Part shown: one piece after another, positions 47,818 through 56,655 of the stretch
Layout of the letters: every line of letters begins with the position of its first letter
How positions within the stretch are numbered: position 1 is the first letter of the stretch
DNA from: an uncultured Pseudobdellovibrionaceae bacterium
GTDB lineage: Bacteria; Bdellovibrionota; Bdellovibrionia; Bdellovibrionales; Bdellovibrionaceae
Assembly: GCA_964648725.1 (NCBI GenBank)
Contig: CAZYOE010000001.1
Coordinates: 7,424-71,423, forward strand
Reading direction: 5' to 3'
DNA length: 64,000 nt
Translations under genes and position numbers: made by a program
Notes under the pieces: generated by a model
Told to the model about the DNA's origin: nothing
Seen by the model: only the letters and a program-made list of their open reading frames with translations
Database searches by the model: none

Positions 47818-48547
47818 TAAGACCTCCTCTTGGAAAATTTCGAACCACTGATAACGGCCTAGCATGCCGCAATCCACTCTTCCCGAGATAGCCCAACAAT
47901 AATGAAAACGTATTCGTTGTATGATAGATAATAGGCTCGCTCCAGATCTGCAAACCACACTGTAAGAGCTGACTTAGTTTATGAGGGAGAAAATTCCTTT
48001 CAACCAACGTGCCCATCGACTGACTATTTTCTCTCGCTTCTAATCGTTTCTCATAACGTTCGCAATAAATGAATGAGGACTGAAAAGGACTTTGTTTTAT
48101 TTGCTCTTTCAGCATTTCTGTAGTTTCAGACTTATCAATATAGTTAACAACTAAAGCATCACTTCCGAGCATACTCATGATTTCAAGAGTTGCACTCTTA
48201 ATTGCTTGCTTGAATCCAAGTCTGTTCCAAGCCGTATCTGCGATTTCGAATTCAACAACTTCAAGACAGGACAGATCCATTCGTTCAATGGGAAAAGTGT
48301 CAAAGCGTTGACTCGCTATTAACTCACTACCCACCGTCGAAGCCTGAAACTTAATAAAACCCAGAATGGAGTTCAGTTTCTTCTCCACAATAAAAACAGA
48401 GTTTGCTTCGGCGTTCTTGTGAATCGAACTGATATCCAAATTATAGATGTTCCGAAATGGTCGGAGTTGCCTCAAGTTTTGGACTGACACCACCTCAAGA
48501 TCATTCACGGCAATTTTAATTTCAAATTTTTCCCAGAGTCTTCTCAC
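47804..48547 (-). CDS. Hypothetical protein (first gene of the hyp-PHP-SixA operon)
   Basis: 247 aa. GTG start behind an AGGTGA SD. No motif recognised. 14-nt overlap with the PHP gene. Confidence 0.45.
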   Translation of the reverse strand: MRRLWEKFEIKIAVNDLEVVSVQNLRQLRPFRNIYNLDISSIHKNAEANSVFIVEKKLNSILGFIKFQASTVGSELIASQRFDTFPIERMDLSCLEVVEFEIADTAWNRLGFKQAIKSATLEIMSMLGSDALVVNYIDKSETTEMLKEQIKQSPFQSSFIYCERYEKRLEARENSQSMGTLVERNFLPHKLSQLLQCGLQIWSEPIIYHTTNTFSLLLGYLGKSGLRHARPLSVVRNFPRGGLSAPL

Positions 48548-48595
48548 AACATCACCTAATTTACAGACTTACTTTCTTTATAATCCACACACTCT

Positions 48596-48639
48596 ATTTT
48601 ATACAAAATTACAGCAATTGCAGGTTAAGCTTCGGTTAA
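48596..48639 (-). promoter_or_regulatory. Direct-repeat box B + -10 (TTAACC-gaagc-TTAACC-N21-TAAAAT)
   Basis: Hexamers at 48634-48639 and 48623-48628 (minus strand), -10 at 48596-48601. ~50 nt upstream of GTG 48547. Overlaps the stop codon of the acyltransferase gene. Confidence 0.5.
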
Positions 48640-49356
48640 GACAGTTTTTGGATTGATAATTTTTTTAGTGACTGGACGAGCCTTCAAATCGTTACACCAG
48701 GACCGACAATACTCAAGTTCAGGATGAACATCCCGAACCAAAATTGGTTCATGCAACTCAACCTGAGCACTAATGTTTTTTTGTTTTCCCATTTTATAGA
48801 GATGATAGGGAAAGAAATCCTGATCAATATAAGCCACCTCACGTAGTTGTGAATAACTAATTCGAACTGGCAGAATCGGAATGACCAGATTTTTTGCGAT
48901 TTCAAAAACCCCTTTTCGCCAATATTTTTCGTCTCCAATGGTTGTCGTTCCCGCGGGAAACACGACGATTTTTTTCTTGTTCATCACCAATTCATGTTCT
49001 ATTTCCCGTCGTGCCTGATGATGTGACGACTTTGACCCTCGGGTTACGAATACCGTCTCAATTTTCTTTGCAGCCTTACCGAATAAAGGCCAGCTTGCAA
49101 TTTCCACTTTCGAAACAAAGCAGCAGTTTTCAATAGTCGCCATTAATAAGGGGATGTCCATATAACTAATATGATTAGCAACGTAAATGGCGGGACCGCT
49201 AATGGCAGGCAACGGGCTGACAGCAACCTGAAAATTTAAAATCGATAACACCTCGCGAGCCCAGGCTTTCCTTACTTGAGGACTAATTATTGAACTGATT
49301 TCGTTTTCCTTTAGATATTTTTTGGTTAACATTAACGACTGAACCGCTTTGATCAT
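48625..49356 (-). CDS. Lysophospholipid (PlsC-family) acyltransferase, OlsA-like
   Basis: 243 aa. HX4D motif NHISYMD, FPAGTTT motif. No SD in front of the ATG. Confidence 0.8.
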   Translation of the reverse strand: MIKAVQSLMLTKKYLKENEISSIISPQVRKAWAREVLSILNFQVAVSPLPAISGPAIYVANHISYMDIPLLMATIENCCFVSKVEIASWPLFGKAAKKIETVFVTRGSKSSHHQARREIEHELVMNKKKIVVFPAGTTTIGDEKYWRKGVFEIAKNLVIPILPVRISYSQLREVAYIDQDFFPYHLYKMGKQKNISAQVELHEPILVRDVHPELEYCRSWCNDLKARPVTKKIINPKTVLTEA

Positions 49357-49363
49357 AAAAACG

Positions 49364-49407
49364 ATAATAGCGCCATTTCAAAAAAATCTTCGTTAAGGTT
49401 CTGTTAA
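49364..49407 (-). promoter_or_regulatory. Direct-repeat box A + -10 (TTAACA-gaacc-TTAACG-N21-TATTAT-N7-ATG)
   Basis: Hexamers at 49402-49407 and 49391-49396 (minus strand), -10 at 49364-49369. The ATG of the acyltransferase is at 49356. Confidence 0.5.
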
Positions 49408-49449
49408 GGTTGTATGCGCGCGCGAAGTCTCTCTTCTTGATTTGTCAAA

Positions 49450-49491
49450 TTAACCAAAAGCTAACACGACAAAGATGTTTTTATTTATAAT
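49450..49491 (+). promoter_or_regulatory. Direct-repeat box E + -10 (TTAACC-aaaag-CTAACA-N19-TATAAT)
   Basis: Plus-strand hexamers at 49450-49455 and 49461-49466. Perfect TATAAT at 49486-49491, 10 nt before the ATG at 49502. Confidence 0.45.
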
Positions 49492-49501
49492 ACTAAACAT
49501 A

Positions 49502-50437
49502 ATGTATTTATCTTCATTTAATTTTTTAGGTATAGGCACACAACAGGGACAACGCCAATTAGGCTTGGTTGATTCTGCAGAAATCGCATTAAGACTAATG
49601 CCAAATCATTGGCCTATGGCTGAAAAACGAATCCTTACTGATTATGGAGAAGCGCAGGTCATTCATCGCACCGAAGACTTTTCTCAGCTTAGCTGGGCTA
49701 TTTATTTGAAGGCTCGGCAGCAGATCCGCAAAAACCTGCGCCAAGGACAACTCCAGTTAAACTGGGGTGGTGACCATAGCGTTGGACTTTCTTCAGTTGC
49801 GGCATTTACCTCGTTTTACTCTAATGGTTATGTGCTTTGGATAGATGCTCATGCTGATTTAAACACACCGGAATCAAGTCCAACCGGTAACTTTCATGGA
49901 ATGCCACTTTCGATCTTGTTGGGCATTGGTGAAGAACCAACAGAGATGGAACTTCCGTTTTGGAAGGTTCTTGATCCTCGTCGTTTAATCTATTTTGGGC
50001 TTCGGGATCTCGACCCCTATGAAAAATACTTAATTCAGAAACTAGGGATCACTGCTTACTCGTGCGAAGACCTAAACAACGCTGATTTCATGAATTGCGT
50101 GAATGCCATAAAACTTAAGATCGCACATCGCCCCCACCATATCAGTTTTGACATCGATTCGGTTGACCCAGTTATTGCTCCTTCCACTGGAGTTTCCAGT
50201 TGCAATGGTCTGAATCCAATTCAGCTCGAGCTGCTAGCCCAGCAATTTGGGACCCAAAACAATATAAAATCGATGGATGTTGTAGAAATCAATCCATCCA
50301 TTGGCAGCACAAGTGACGTCCAAAATACTTATAACGTCGCCTTCAACTTTTTAGATCAACTTTTTAATTTCACGAGGGGGAGTATTTATGATGCAAATCA
50401 TTCAACAATTAAAAACGAATTACAAGTTCCATTCTAA
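49502..50437 (+). CDS. Arginase (ureohydrolase family)
   Basis: GGDHSVG, WIDAHADLNTPESSPTGNFHGMPL and SFDIDSVDP motifs, as in RocF-type arginases. The ORF-track start at 49475 lies between box E and its -10, so the ATG at 49502 is preferred. Confidence 0.8.
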   Translation: MYLSSFNFLGIGTQQGQRQLGLVDSAEIALRLMPNHWPMAEKRILTDYGEAQVIHRTEDFSQLSWAIYLKARQQIRKNLRQGQLQLNWGGDHSVGLSSVAAFTSFYSNGYVLWIDAHADLNTPESSPTGNFHGMPLSILLGIGEEPTEMELPFWKVLDPRRLIYFGLRDLDPYEKYLIQKLGITAYSCEDLNNADFMNCVNAIKLKIAHRPHHISFDIDSVDPVIAPSTGVSSCNGLNPIQLELLAQQFGTQNNIKSMDVVEINPSIGSTSDVQNTYNVAFNFLDQLFNFTRGSIYDANHSTIKNELQVPF

Positions 50438-51230
50438 AGGAGTCTTTCGGTTCAACCCTAAAATTCATTTTCAGTTTGCAATGGGCCCATATTTAGTAAA
50501 AACAGCTGAAAATCGAAATGAGCTCATTGAGTGTTTCAAATTAAGAGATGAAGTCTTTAATAAAGAATTCCGTGGCCTCACTAATACTGAATTTGATTTT
50601 GATCAGTTCGACTCTATTTGTGATCATATCATTATTGTTCACCATCAAACGCAAACTCTGGTCGGAACTTATCGACTTAATTCATCCCTTCATTCTAAGT
50701 CTTTTTATACTGAGCAAGAGTTTGAGATCAAAAATCTTAACTATCTTAAAGGACCGATTTTAGAATTAGGAAGAGCCTGTATTAGAAAAGAGCACCGCAA
50801 GGGAACTGTCATGAATCTGCTCTGGAGGGGGGTTGCCGAATATATGAATCACTCCCACTCCCAAACTCTATTTGGCTGCTCTAGTGTAAAAATCACCGAC
50901 GCCAGGGATGCAGCGTTAGTCTATCAGTATCTTAAAACTAAAGGGCACCTTGATTTGAGATATTTAGCTAAACCGCAACCAGCCTACGAAATGGACGGGT
51001 TTGCAATTTGGCATGATTATATTCAACAGGATTTTTCAGAAGCCCTTGCCACCGAAGCGGAACAATTATTACCTCCCCTGCTTAAATCTTATTTCAAAAT
51101 TGGCGCCAAGGTGATTGCGGAACCTGCTTTCGACGAAGAGTTCAACTGTGTCGATTTTCTCACGCTACTACATCGGGACCGGCTTTCGAAGACAGCTGAA
51201 AAGAAATACGGATTGGAAATACCCGCCTAA
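50388..51230 (+). CDS. GNAT-type N-acyltransferase, OlsB-like (lyso-ornithine-lipid synthase family)
   Basis: GGGGGAG SD. LRDEVFNKEF..., D.FD..CDHIIIVH, VGTYRL and ELGRACIRKEHR layout typical of the Acetyltransf_5/OlsB family. Overlaps the arginase 3' end by 50 nt. Confidence 0.65.
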   Translation: MMQIIQQLKTNYKFHSKGVFRFNPKIHFQFAMGPYLVKTAENRNELIECFKLRDEVFNKEFRGLTNTEFDFDQFDSICDHIIIVHHQTQTLVGTYRLNSSLHSKSFYTEQEFEIKNLNYLKGPILELGRACIRKEHRKGTVMNLLWRGVAEYMNHSHSQTLFGCSSVKITDARDAALVYQYLKTKGHLDLRYLAKPQPAYEMDGFAIWHDYIQQDFSEALATEAEQLLPPLLKSYFKIGAKVIAEPAFDEEFNCVDFLTLLHRDRLSKTAEKKYGLEIPA

Positions 51231-51237
51231 TATTGTA

Positions 51238-51939
51238 CTAACTCTCTGGGGTGAATCGGTAGCCGACACCCCTCACCGTCCAGATGGATTCACTCCACGG
51301 TGCCAATTTCTTTCGTAATGAAAATAAATGCGTGTCAACGGTTCTCCCAATGACATTGACATCGGCACCTTGAATCAATGAAAGTATTTTCTCTCTGGTC
51401 AACACCACATTGGGATTTGCTAAAAGGGCACATAATAATCGAAACTCGGTGTTCGTTAAATCAACGGGTTGACCTTCTAGAAGCACCTGCATTTTTTGCT
51501 GACTCACCCAAAGCGTTCCAAAGTGAAAGTGATCCTCTGGCGGTTCATTATGCTGCTGCAATCTGCGAAGCAAAGCCGATATCCTGGAAACGAGTACTCT
51601 TGAATCGAAAGGTTTAGTGACATAGTCATCAGCACCCAGATCAAGTCCATGAACAATATCTTCAGGGTCGGCTTTGGCGGTGACCATGAGAATCGGCGGG
51701 CAATGACTTTTCAAGGCCTTTCGCAAATAAACCAAAAGATCTATCCCACTCTCGTCAGGCAACATCCAATCCAAGACAATGAGATCATAACTTTCCGTCG
51801 CCAAACAGCTTCGGGCCATCTCGCTACTTTCCGCTGAGCGCAAAGTATACCCCTGTCGTAACAGCACCAGCGAAATAAGCTCCCGGATTTCACGTTCATC
51901 TTCAACAATCAATATTTTATATTTCGTCAAGTTTTCCAC
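51238..51939 (-). CDS. OmpR/PhoB-family response regulator (PhoB-like), no adjacent kinase
   Basis: 233 aa, GTG start. ILIVEDE, LIVLDWMLPDESGI, GADDYVTKPF. Winged helix TEFRLL...RTVDTHLFSLRKKL...VRGVGYRF. Confidence 0.9.
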   Translation of the reverse strand: MENLTKYKILIVEDEREIRELISLVLLRQGYTLRSAESSEMARSCLATESYDLIVLDWMLPDESGIDLLVYLRKALKSHCPPILMVTAKADPEDIVHGLDLGADDYVTKPFDSRVLVSRISALLRRLQQHNEPPEDHFHFGTLWVSQQKMQVLLEGQPVDLTNTEFRLLCALLANPNVVLTREKILSLIQGADVNVIGRTVDTHLFSLRKKLAPWSESIWTVRGVGYRFTPES

Positions 51940-51945
51940 TGGCCT

Positions 51946-51989
51946 AATATACTCCTCGTGGACAACATTGACTGTTAAGTTACGGTTAA
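51946..51989 (-). promoter_or_regulatory. Direct-repeat box C + -10 (TTAACC-gtaac-TTAACA-N21-TATATT-N6-GTG)
   Basis: Hexamers at 51984-51989 and 51973-51978 (minus strand), -10 at 51946-51951. The GTG of the regulator is at 51939. Confidence 0.5.
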
Positions 51990-52004
51990 AAATAAAACTT
52001 CAAT

Positions 52005-52532
52005 CTACAAGTCCCAAGATACAACCAAATTGGGACCTTGCGGACCAGGAGTAATTCCAATCTTTGGCACCGCCTTGTTACTATTTAATTCTTCGAGACG
52101 TCGATTTATAGAGATGGGAGTGTACCATAAGTCGATGGCCTCCCAAATTCTAAGCCCAACAAACAGCCAGACCGCGCCGATTTGACTACTATCACTACGG
52201 CATCGGGAACCTAACGAAAATGCACAGTCTGAAAACATACCTACCATGGCGGTGGTTGCCAACAACTCCCCCGTTAAAAAGATATAGCCTTTTTCTGTGA
52301 ACCTCGATTGTATGGCATGACCGATACCAAAGCCCATCCCTGCACCCAAAACTCCCCCAGCAATATATGCGGGCATCGATGTCCTTCCAATATCTTGGAT
52401 CATTTCGTCTTCGATTTGGATCTGCGTCTTACCTTCAGAGCCGCCGTTGGCATTGAGTTCTTCTGCCTTTAGATTATTGGTCATAAACAAAGACAATAAA
52501 AAGACAGATAAATAAATACCATTTTTTACCAT
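52005..52532 (-). CDS. Secreted/membrane hypothetical protein with a Gly-zipper-like segment
   Basis: 175 aa; signal peptide; AGGVLGAGMGFGIGHA. Confidence 0.45.
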   Translation of the reverse strand: MVKNGIYLSVFLLSLFMTNNLKAEELNANGGSEGKTQIQIEDEMIQDIGRTSMPAYIAGGVLGAGMGFGIGHAIQSRFTEKGYIFLTGELLATTAMVGMFSDCAFSLGSRCRSDSSQIGAVWLFVGLRIWEAIDLWYTPISINRRLEELNSNKAVPKIGITPGPQGPNLVVSWDL

Positions 52533-53299
52533 CGAACCCCCAAAACTGCTCCAAAACCAAAAGTAGTCTGTGTTCCACTAAAGCCTGCGTCCGGCTGCTG
52601 AGTCACAGCCACTTCAAAGCGGTTAAAACATCCAGACACACCAATCATTCGACAGACCCTCTGTTGTTCAAACCCACCAAGGAGCTGAAGCCCTGAATGG
52701 GATTCTGAAAAGCGGGATAACTCTATATTGGTCTGATTCTGGTGAACTACCGTCACCAAGATTCTTTGAGAATAAGTCAGAGAGGCATAAACTAAACGGT
52801 CTTTATCAAGTAAATAGCCGAGATTTATGGTTTTAGACAAAGCACTGTAATCGCCTCGAGCCCATTGAGAAACCGTTGAGTCGTACGACTCAGTGGTATA
52901 CTCATAGCTCCTGCCTAAAACCAAAGAAAAGACCCACTTATCAAAATCCCAAACTCGAGATAAGTCCCAGAGCCAAAAACAACGATTGTTTGAACAACCA
53001 ACATCCAATGATTTGAACAGTCCCAAGGAAACCGTTTCATGAATGCGTCCCACCGAGGTCACATTACCTTCAGTATCTTTTTGAGGGGGATTCACTAAAG
53101 CATCAGAATAAACATGAATTCGATCATGGCTACTCATCCCTGCGGCAGCTGAAACACCGAAACTTTTTTCCTGACTACGAACACCCATCATGGCGACGGT
53201 GGGTAAAGTCATCACAGAGTCTCTGACCTCTAGGAGCTTACATCCCGATATTAAGAGCAAAAAGAGAATTAGAACAACAGAGCTTCCTCGACAAACCAC
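52526..53299 (-). CDS. Putative outer-membrane lipoprotein
   Basis: 257 aa. GTG start behind GAAGGGAGG. Lipobox LLISGC. Beta-rich; ends ...LGVRW. Confidence 0.5.
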   Translation of the reverse strand: MVCRGSSVVLILFLLLISGCKLLEVRDSVMTLPTVAMMGVRSQEKSFGVSAAAGMSSHDRIHVYSDALVNPPQKDTEGNVTSVGRIHETVSLGLFKSLDVGCSNNRCFWLWDLSRVWDFDKWVFSLVLGRSYEYTTESYDSTVSQWARGDYSALSKTINLGYLLDKDRLVYASLTYSQRILVTVVHQNQTNIELSRFSESHSGLQLLGGFEQQRVCRMIGVSGCFNRFEVAVTQQPDAGFSGTQTTFGFGAVLGVRW

Positions 53300-53412
53300 T
53301 GTGGCCTCCCTTCAATAGAAGACCAATCCCTCGAATAACTGTCACCCGAAAATGTTGACACATGGCCCTCAGGTCCATTAATTGAAAACTCTTATTACAG
53401 GGAGGCCTTACC

Positions 53413-53910
53413 GTGAACCTAAAAAAGTATATTCGTGAAATACCTGACTTTCCAAAACCGGGAATCCTCTTTCGTGATATTTCACCGCTGCTTGCCGATC
53501 CTTTAAAACTCGAGTTTATTGCAGAAGCTTTTGTAAAGGACATTAATTTAGAGAAGGTTGATTGCTTTGCTGGTATTGAGAGTCGCGGATTTATTTTAGC
53601 GATGCTCTTATCGGCCCATTTTAACAAAGGGTTCATCCCCATCAGAAAAGCAGGCAAACTTCCTCCTCCTGTTGTCGCTGAAGGGTATGCCCTGGAATAC
53701 GGTGAAGCCACCATTGAAATGCAACATGGAAACCAAAGAATTGTGATCATTGATGACGTATTAGCTACCGGGGGAACACTTCAAGCTGCAATTAATGTGG
53801 CACAAAGAGCCGGTTTCGAAGTTGTTGAAGTAGCGGTTCTCATTAACCTGAAGGCACTCAATACAATGACTTTTAAAGGTGCCCCGGTAAAAAATTTGAT
53901 CGAATACTAA
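53413..53910 (+). CDS. apt: Adenine phosphoribosyltransferase
   Basis: 165 aa, GTG start behind GGGAGG. IPDFPKPGILFRDISPLL; PRPP motif VIIDDVLATGGT. Confidence 0.92.
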   Translation: MNLKKYIREIPDFPKPGILFRDISPLLADPLKLEFIAEAFVKDINLEKVDCFAGIESRGFILAMLLSAHFNKGFIPIRKAGKLPPPVVAEGYALEYGEATIEMQHGNQRIVIIDDVLATGGTLQAAINVAQRAGFEVVEVAVLINLKALNTMTFKGAPVKNLIEY

Positions 53911-53932
53911 CAGTCTCTAGCTTCAATCAAAT

Positions 53933-55450
53933 TTATTTTTTATTGAAGTCGCGGCAAGCGATGTCATATTCATCCCACCAGTGTTTCAATCTATCAAGAT
54001 TAGTAATGCGTGGCTCATCTCCCGCTCCGGCCAAAGTCAAATACTCATGAAGTAATGGCCGGAAATAAGGATGGGCGCAGTTCTCAATCATTGCTTCTGC
54101 GCGCTTTGCTGGTGAGAGAATTTCGGTGTTCAAGACTAAGCCTTGTTCAGTCACAACACATTTAATGTCGTGTTCTGTGTGATCAATATGGCGTACATAA
54201 GGCATCACACAACTCACTACACGACCATCTTTTAACTCACGAATTGATGGAGTATGCACCATACTGATGTAAGCATTTCTTAAAAAGTCACCACTGCCCC
54301 CCAAACCATTAATGATCTTTGAACCATCAACGTGAGTCGAATTCGCATGCCCATAAATGTCCACTTCCACCGGAGTATTCATCGCAATCACAAACAAACG
54401 TGAAATGATTTCGGGAGAATTAGACAGCCAAGTTGGTCGCAAGATCACTTTATCACGACACTTATCCATCAATTTATAAAACTTCCCCCAAGACTCTTTG
54501 GAAAACGAGACGGCAGTGCATGACGCCACTTCAAATTTATCGTCATTTTCCACATAGCGAAGCATTCCATCTTGAAAAACTTCAGTCCAGAAACGAATGC
54601 GCTGAAATGGTGAATCGTAAAGTTCGCTCACAACCGCATTAGCAATATTGCCAACTCCCGATTGGATCGGCGGAATTTTGGGACCCCAGTTGTATTTTTT
54701 CTGACAATCTTGCAAAAAACCTACGACATTTTGAGCAATCTTTTTATCAATGGCCGAAGTGGACTTAAATCCAACTCCATGATCAGAAACTTTTGATTCA
54801 ACTATTGCAACTACTTTACTTAAATCAATGGGGACGTGAAACGACCCCACCCGATCTCCAACGTTGGTGACTGGCACCGGCCAGCCAACACGAGGATAAA
54901 CCCTTGGCTGTGTCATATCATGAAAGCCAGTATAGTCAGGGCCTGCGGTATTTATTTCGAGGATGATTTTTTTAGCTTTAGTGAGAGCTTCGCCAGAAAC
55001 CCCCACTGACGAAGTGAGAATGACTCCGCCATTTGACGTGATTCGTGAAGCTTCGACGACCGCAAAATCAATATCACCATAAAAGCCGTACATTAAGTTT
55101 CGCGCGAACTGCGACAAATGGATGTCATTAAACTCCATGGTTCGCGCCAGAATTCGTTTACGCGCTTCTGGCGAAGACATATAAGGAGCTCGTTTTGCAA
55201 CGAAGGGAGCAATTGGATCTTCAACTTCCTCTGACAATGAGGCACCACTCAATAAAGTTATTCGACGCTCTGGACAGTTTGCCGCAAAATAGCTTCCTAA
55301 AGCGGGAATGAAAACTTTGGGTTCACCAGATTTTGTAAAACCACTGATGGCCATGGTGGCGCCATCGGGAATCAACTTTACAGCCTCTTCAACAGGCATC
55401 AATTTTTTTAGTAATTCACGGCACTCTACGCGTTCTTCTAAGGTACTCAT
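53933..55450 (-). CDS. Acetyl-CoA hydrolase/transferase family enzyme (AarC/Cat1-type succinyl-CoA:acetate CoA-transferase-like)
   Basis: 505 aa. ...ISGFTKSGEPK..., QSGVGNIANAV, EVFQDGM, NGLGGSGDF motifs, collinear with AarC as I remember it. Confidence 0.8.
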   Translation of the reverse strand: MSTLEERVECRELLKKLMPVEEAVKLIPDGATMAISGFTKSGEPKVFIPALGSYFAANCPERRITLLSGASLSEEVEDPIAPFVAKRAPYMSSPEARKRILARTMEFNDIHLSQFARNLMYGFYGDIDFAVVEASRITSNGGVILTSSVGVSGEALTKAKKIILEINTAGPDYTGFHDMTQPRVYPRVGWPVPVTNVGDRVGSFHVPIDLSKVVAIVESKVSDHGVGFKSTSAIDKKIAQNVVGFLQDCQKKYNWGPKIPPIQSGVGNIANAVVSELYDSPFQRIRFWTEVFQDGMLRYVENDDKFEVASCTAVSFSKESWGKFYKLMDKCRDKVILRPTWLSNSPEIISRLFVIAMNTPVEVDIYGHANSTHVDGSKIINGLGGSGDFLRNAYISMVHTPSIRELKDGRVVSCVMPYVRHIDHTEHDIKCVVTEQGLVLNTEILSPAKRAEAMIENCAHPYFRPLLHEYLTLAGAGDEPRITNLDRLKHWWDEYDIACRDFNKK

Positions 55451-55698
55451 TTTTTGTCTCCAGACACCTGTTGGTTTAGGCGCTTAATACATGTCTGTCG
55501 AGAGGAACCTCGACAATCATTGAAATTGGGATATTTTTTCTGGTGTCTGACAGAGCCGCCGTCAGATCAATATCTCGATTGACAAATAACGGCGCCAAAA
55601 TGGGACTTTTACACTGGATTTTAAATATGTGCTGGATAGGAGTTCGAATACGGTTGCCGGCGCCCCCGAACTTTCTTCTGCAATGACGAAGGAATAGA

Positions 55699-56655
55699 TC
55701 ACTCTACAAAGTGGCAGGCTACAAAATGATTTTTATTTGTTTCCCGCAAAACTGGAGTCTCCGTCTTACAGCGATCTGCCGCCTTCGGGCATCGCCCCGC
55801 AAATCGACAGCCCGCTCCGAGATTTATTGGCGTAGGGATCTCTCCAAAAAGCTCTGTATGCTTACGCTCTTTTTCTTTAACAGGATCTGGTTCAGTATTA
55901 GAACCCACAAGCAATTGAGTATAAGGGTGTTGCGGCTCAAAAAAGACCTCGTCACTCACTCCCAATTCTACAATGGATCCCAAATACATTACAGCCATAC
56001 GGTTACTGACGTAACGAACCATTGAAAGATCATGGGCAATAAACAACAAAGTTAAACCAAATTGATTTTTAAGTTCAGCCAAAAGATTAATGATCTGAGC
56101 CTGAATTGATACGTCCAAAGCGGAAATCGGCTCATCACAAATGACAAACTTAGGCTCCATCGCTAAAGCCCGAGCAATACCGATTCTTTGTCTTTGTCCC
56201 CCCGAAAATTCGTGTGGGTATCTTGATGCATGATCCGCATTTAAGCCCACGCGCTCAAGCCAGACTTGCACTTTTTCAGTCACTTGCTCCTTCGTCCATA
56301 AATTTGCCAATCGAGGACCTTCGGCTATAATTTCACGAACAGTCATTCGAGGGTTTAATGACGAATAGGGATCCTGAAATATCATCTGTATTTCACGAGA
56401 CAACCGAACAAAATCTTGGGCCTTATAATCTGATGGCAGCGCCTCACCTTTATAGAGGACTTGACCACCAGTTTTTTCATAGAGTCCTGCCAGCGTTCGG
56501 CCGAGAGTGGATTTTCCACATCCGGACTCTCCAACTAATCCGAGGATCTCATTCGGATAGATTTCTAAATCAATACCGTCGACAGCATGAAGAGTTTTGT
56601 TTTTTCCAACGCTAAAGTGTTTTTTAAGTTTTCGAATTTCCAACAATGGAGTCAT
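55699..56655 (-). CDS. Oligopeptide/dipeptide ABC transporter ATP-binding protein (OppF-type)
   Basis: ATG at 56655 in an ATGA overlap with the upstream gene (the ORF track starts at 56694). [27 protein letters not shown]-terminal Cys-rich oligo_HPY tail. Confidence 0.9.
   Translation of the reverse strand: MTPLLEIRKLKKHFSVGKNKTLHAVDGIDLEIYPNEILGLVGESGCGKSTLGRTLAGLYEKTGGQVLYKGEALPSDYKAQDFVRLSREIQMIFQDPYSSLNPRMTVREIIAEGPRLANLWTKEQVTEKVQVWLERVGLNADHASRYPHEFSGGQRQRIGIARALAMEPKFVICDEPISALDVSIQAQIINLLAELKNQFGLTLLFIAHDLSMVRYVSNRMAVMYLGSIVELGVSDEVFFEPQHPYTQLLVGSNTEPDPVKEKERKHTELFGEIPTPINLGAGCRFAGRCPKAADRCKTETPVLRETNKNHFVACHFVE

Noticed and set aside
55639-55652. tRNA T-loop-like GAGTTCGAATAC in the CoA-transferase/oppF spacer.
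   Set aside because: No flanking T-stem complementarity, acceptor stem or anticodon arm could be drawn.
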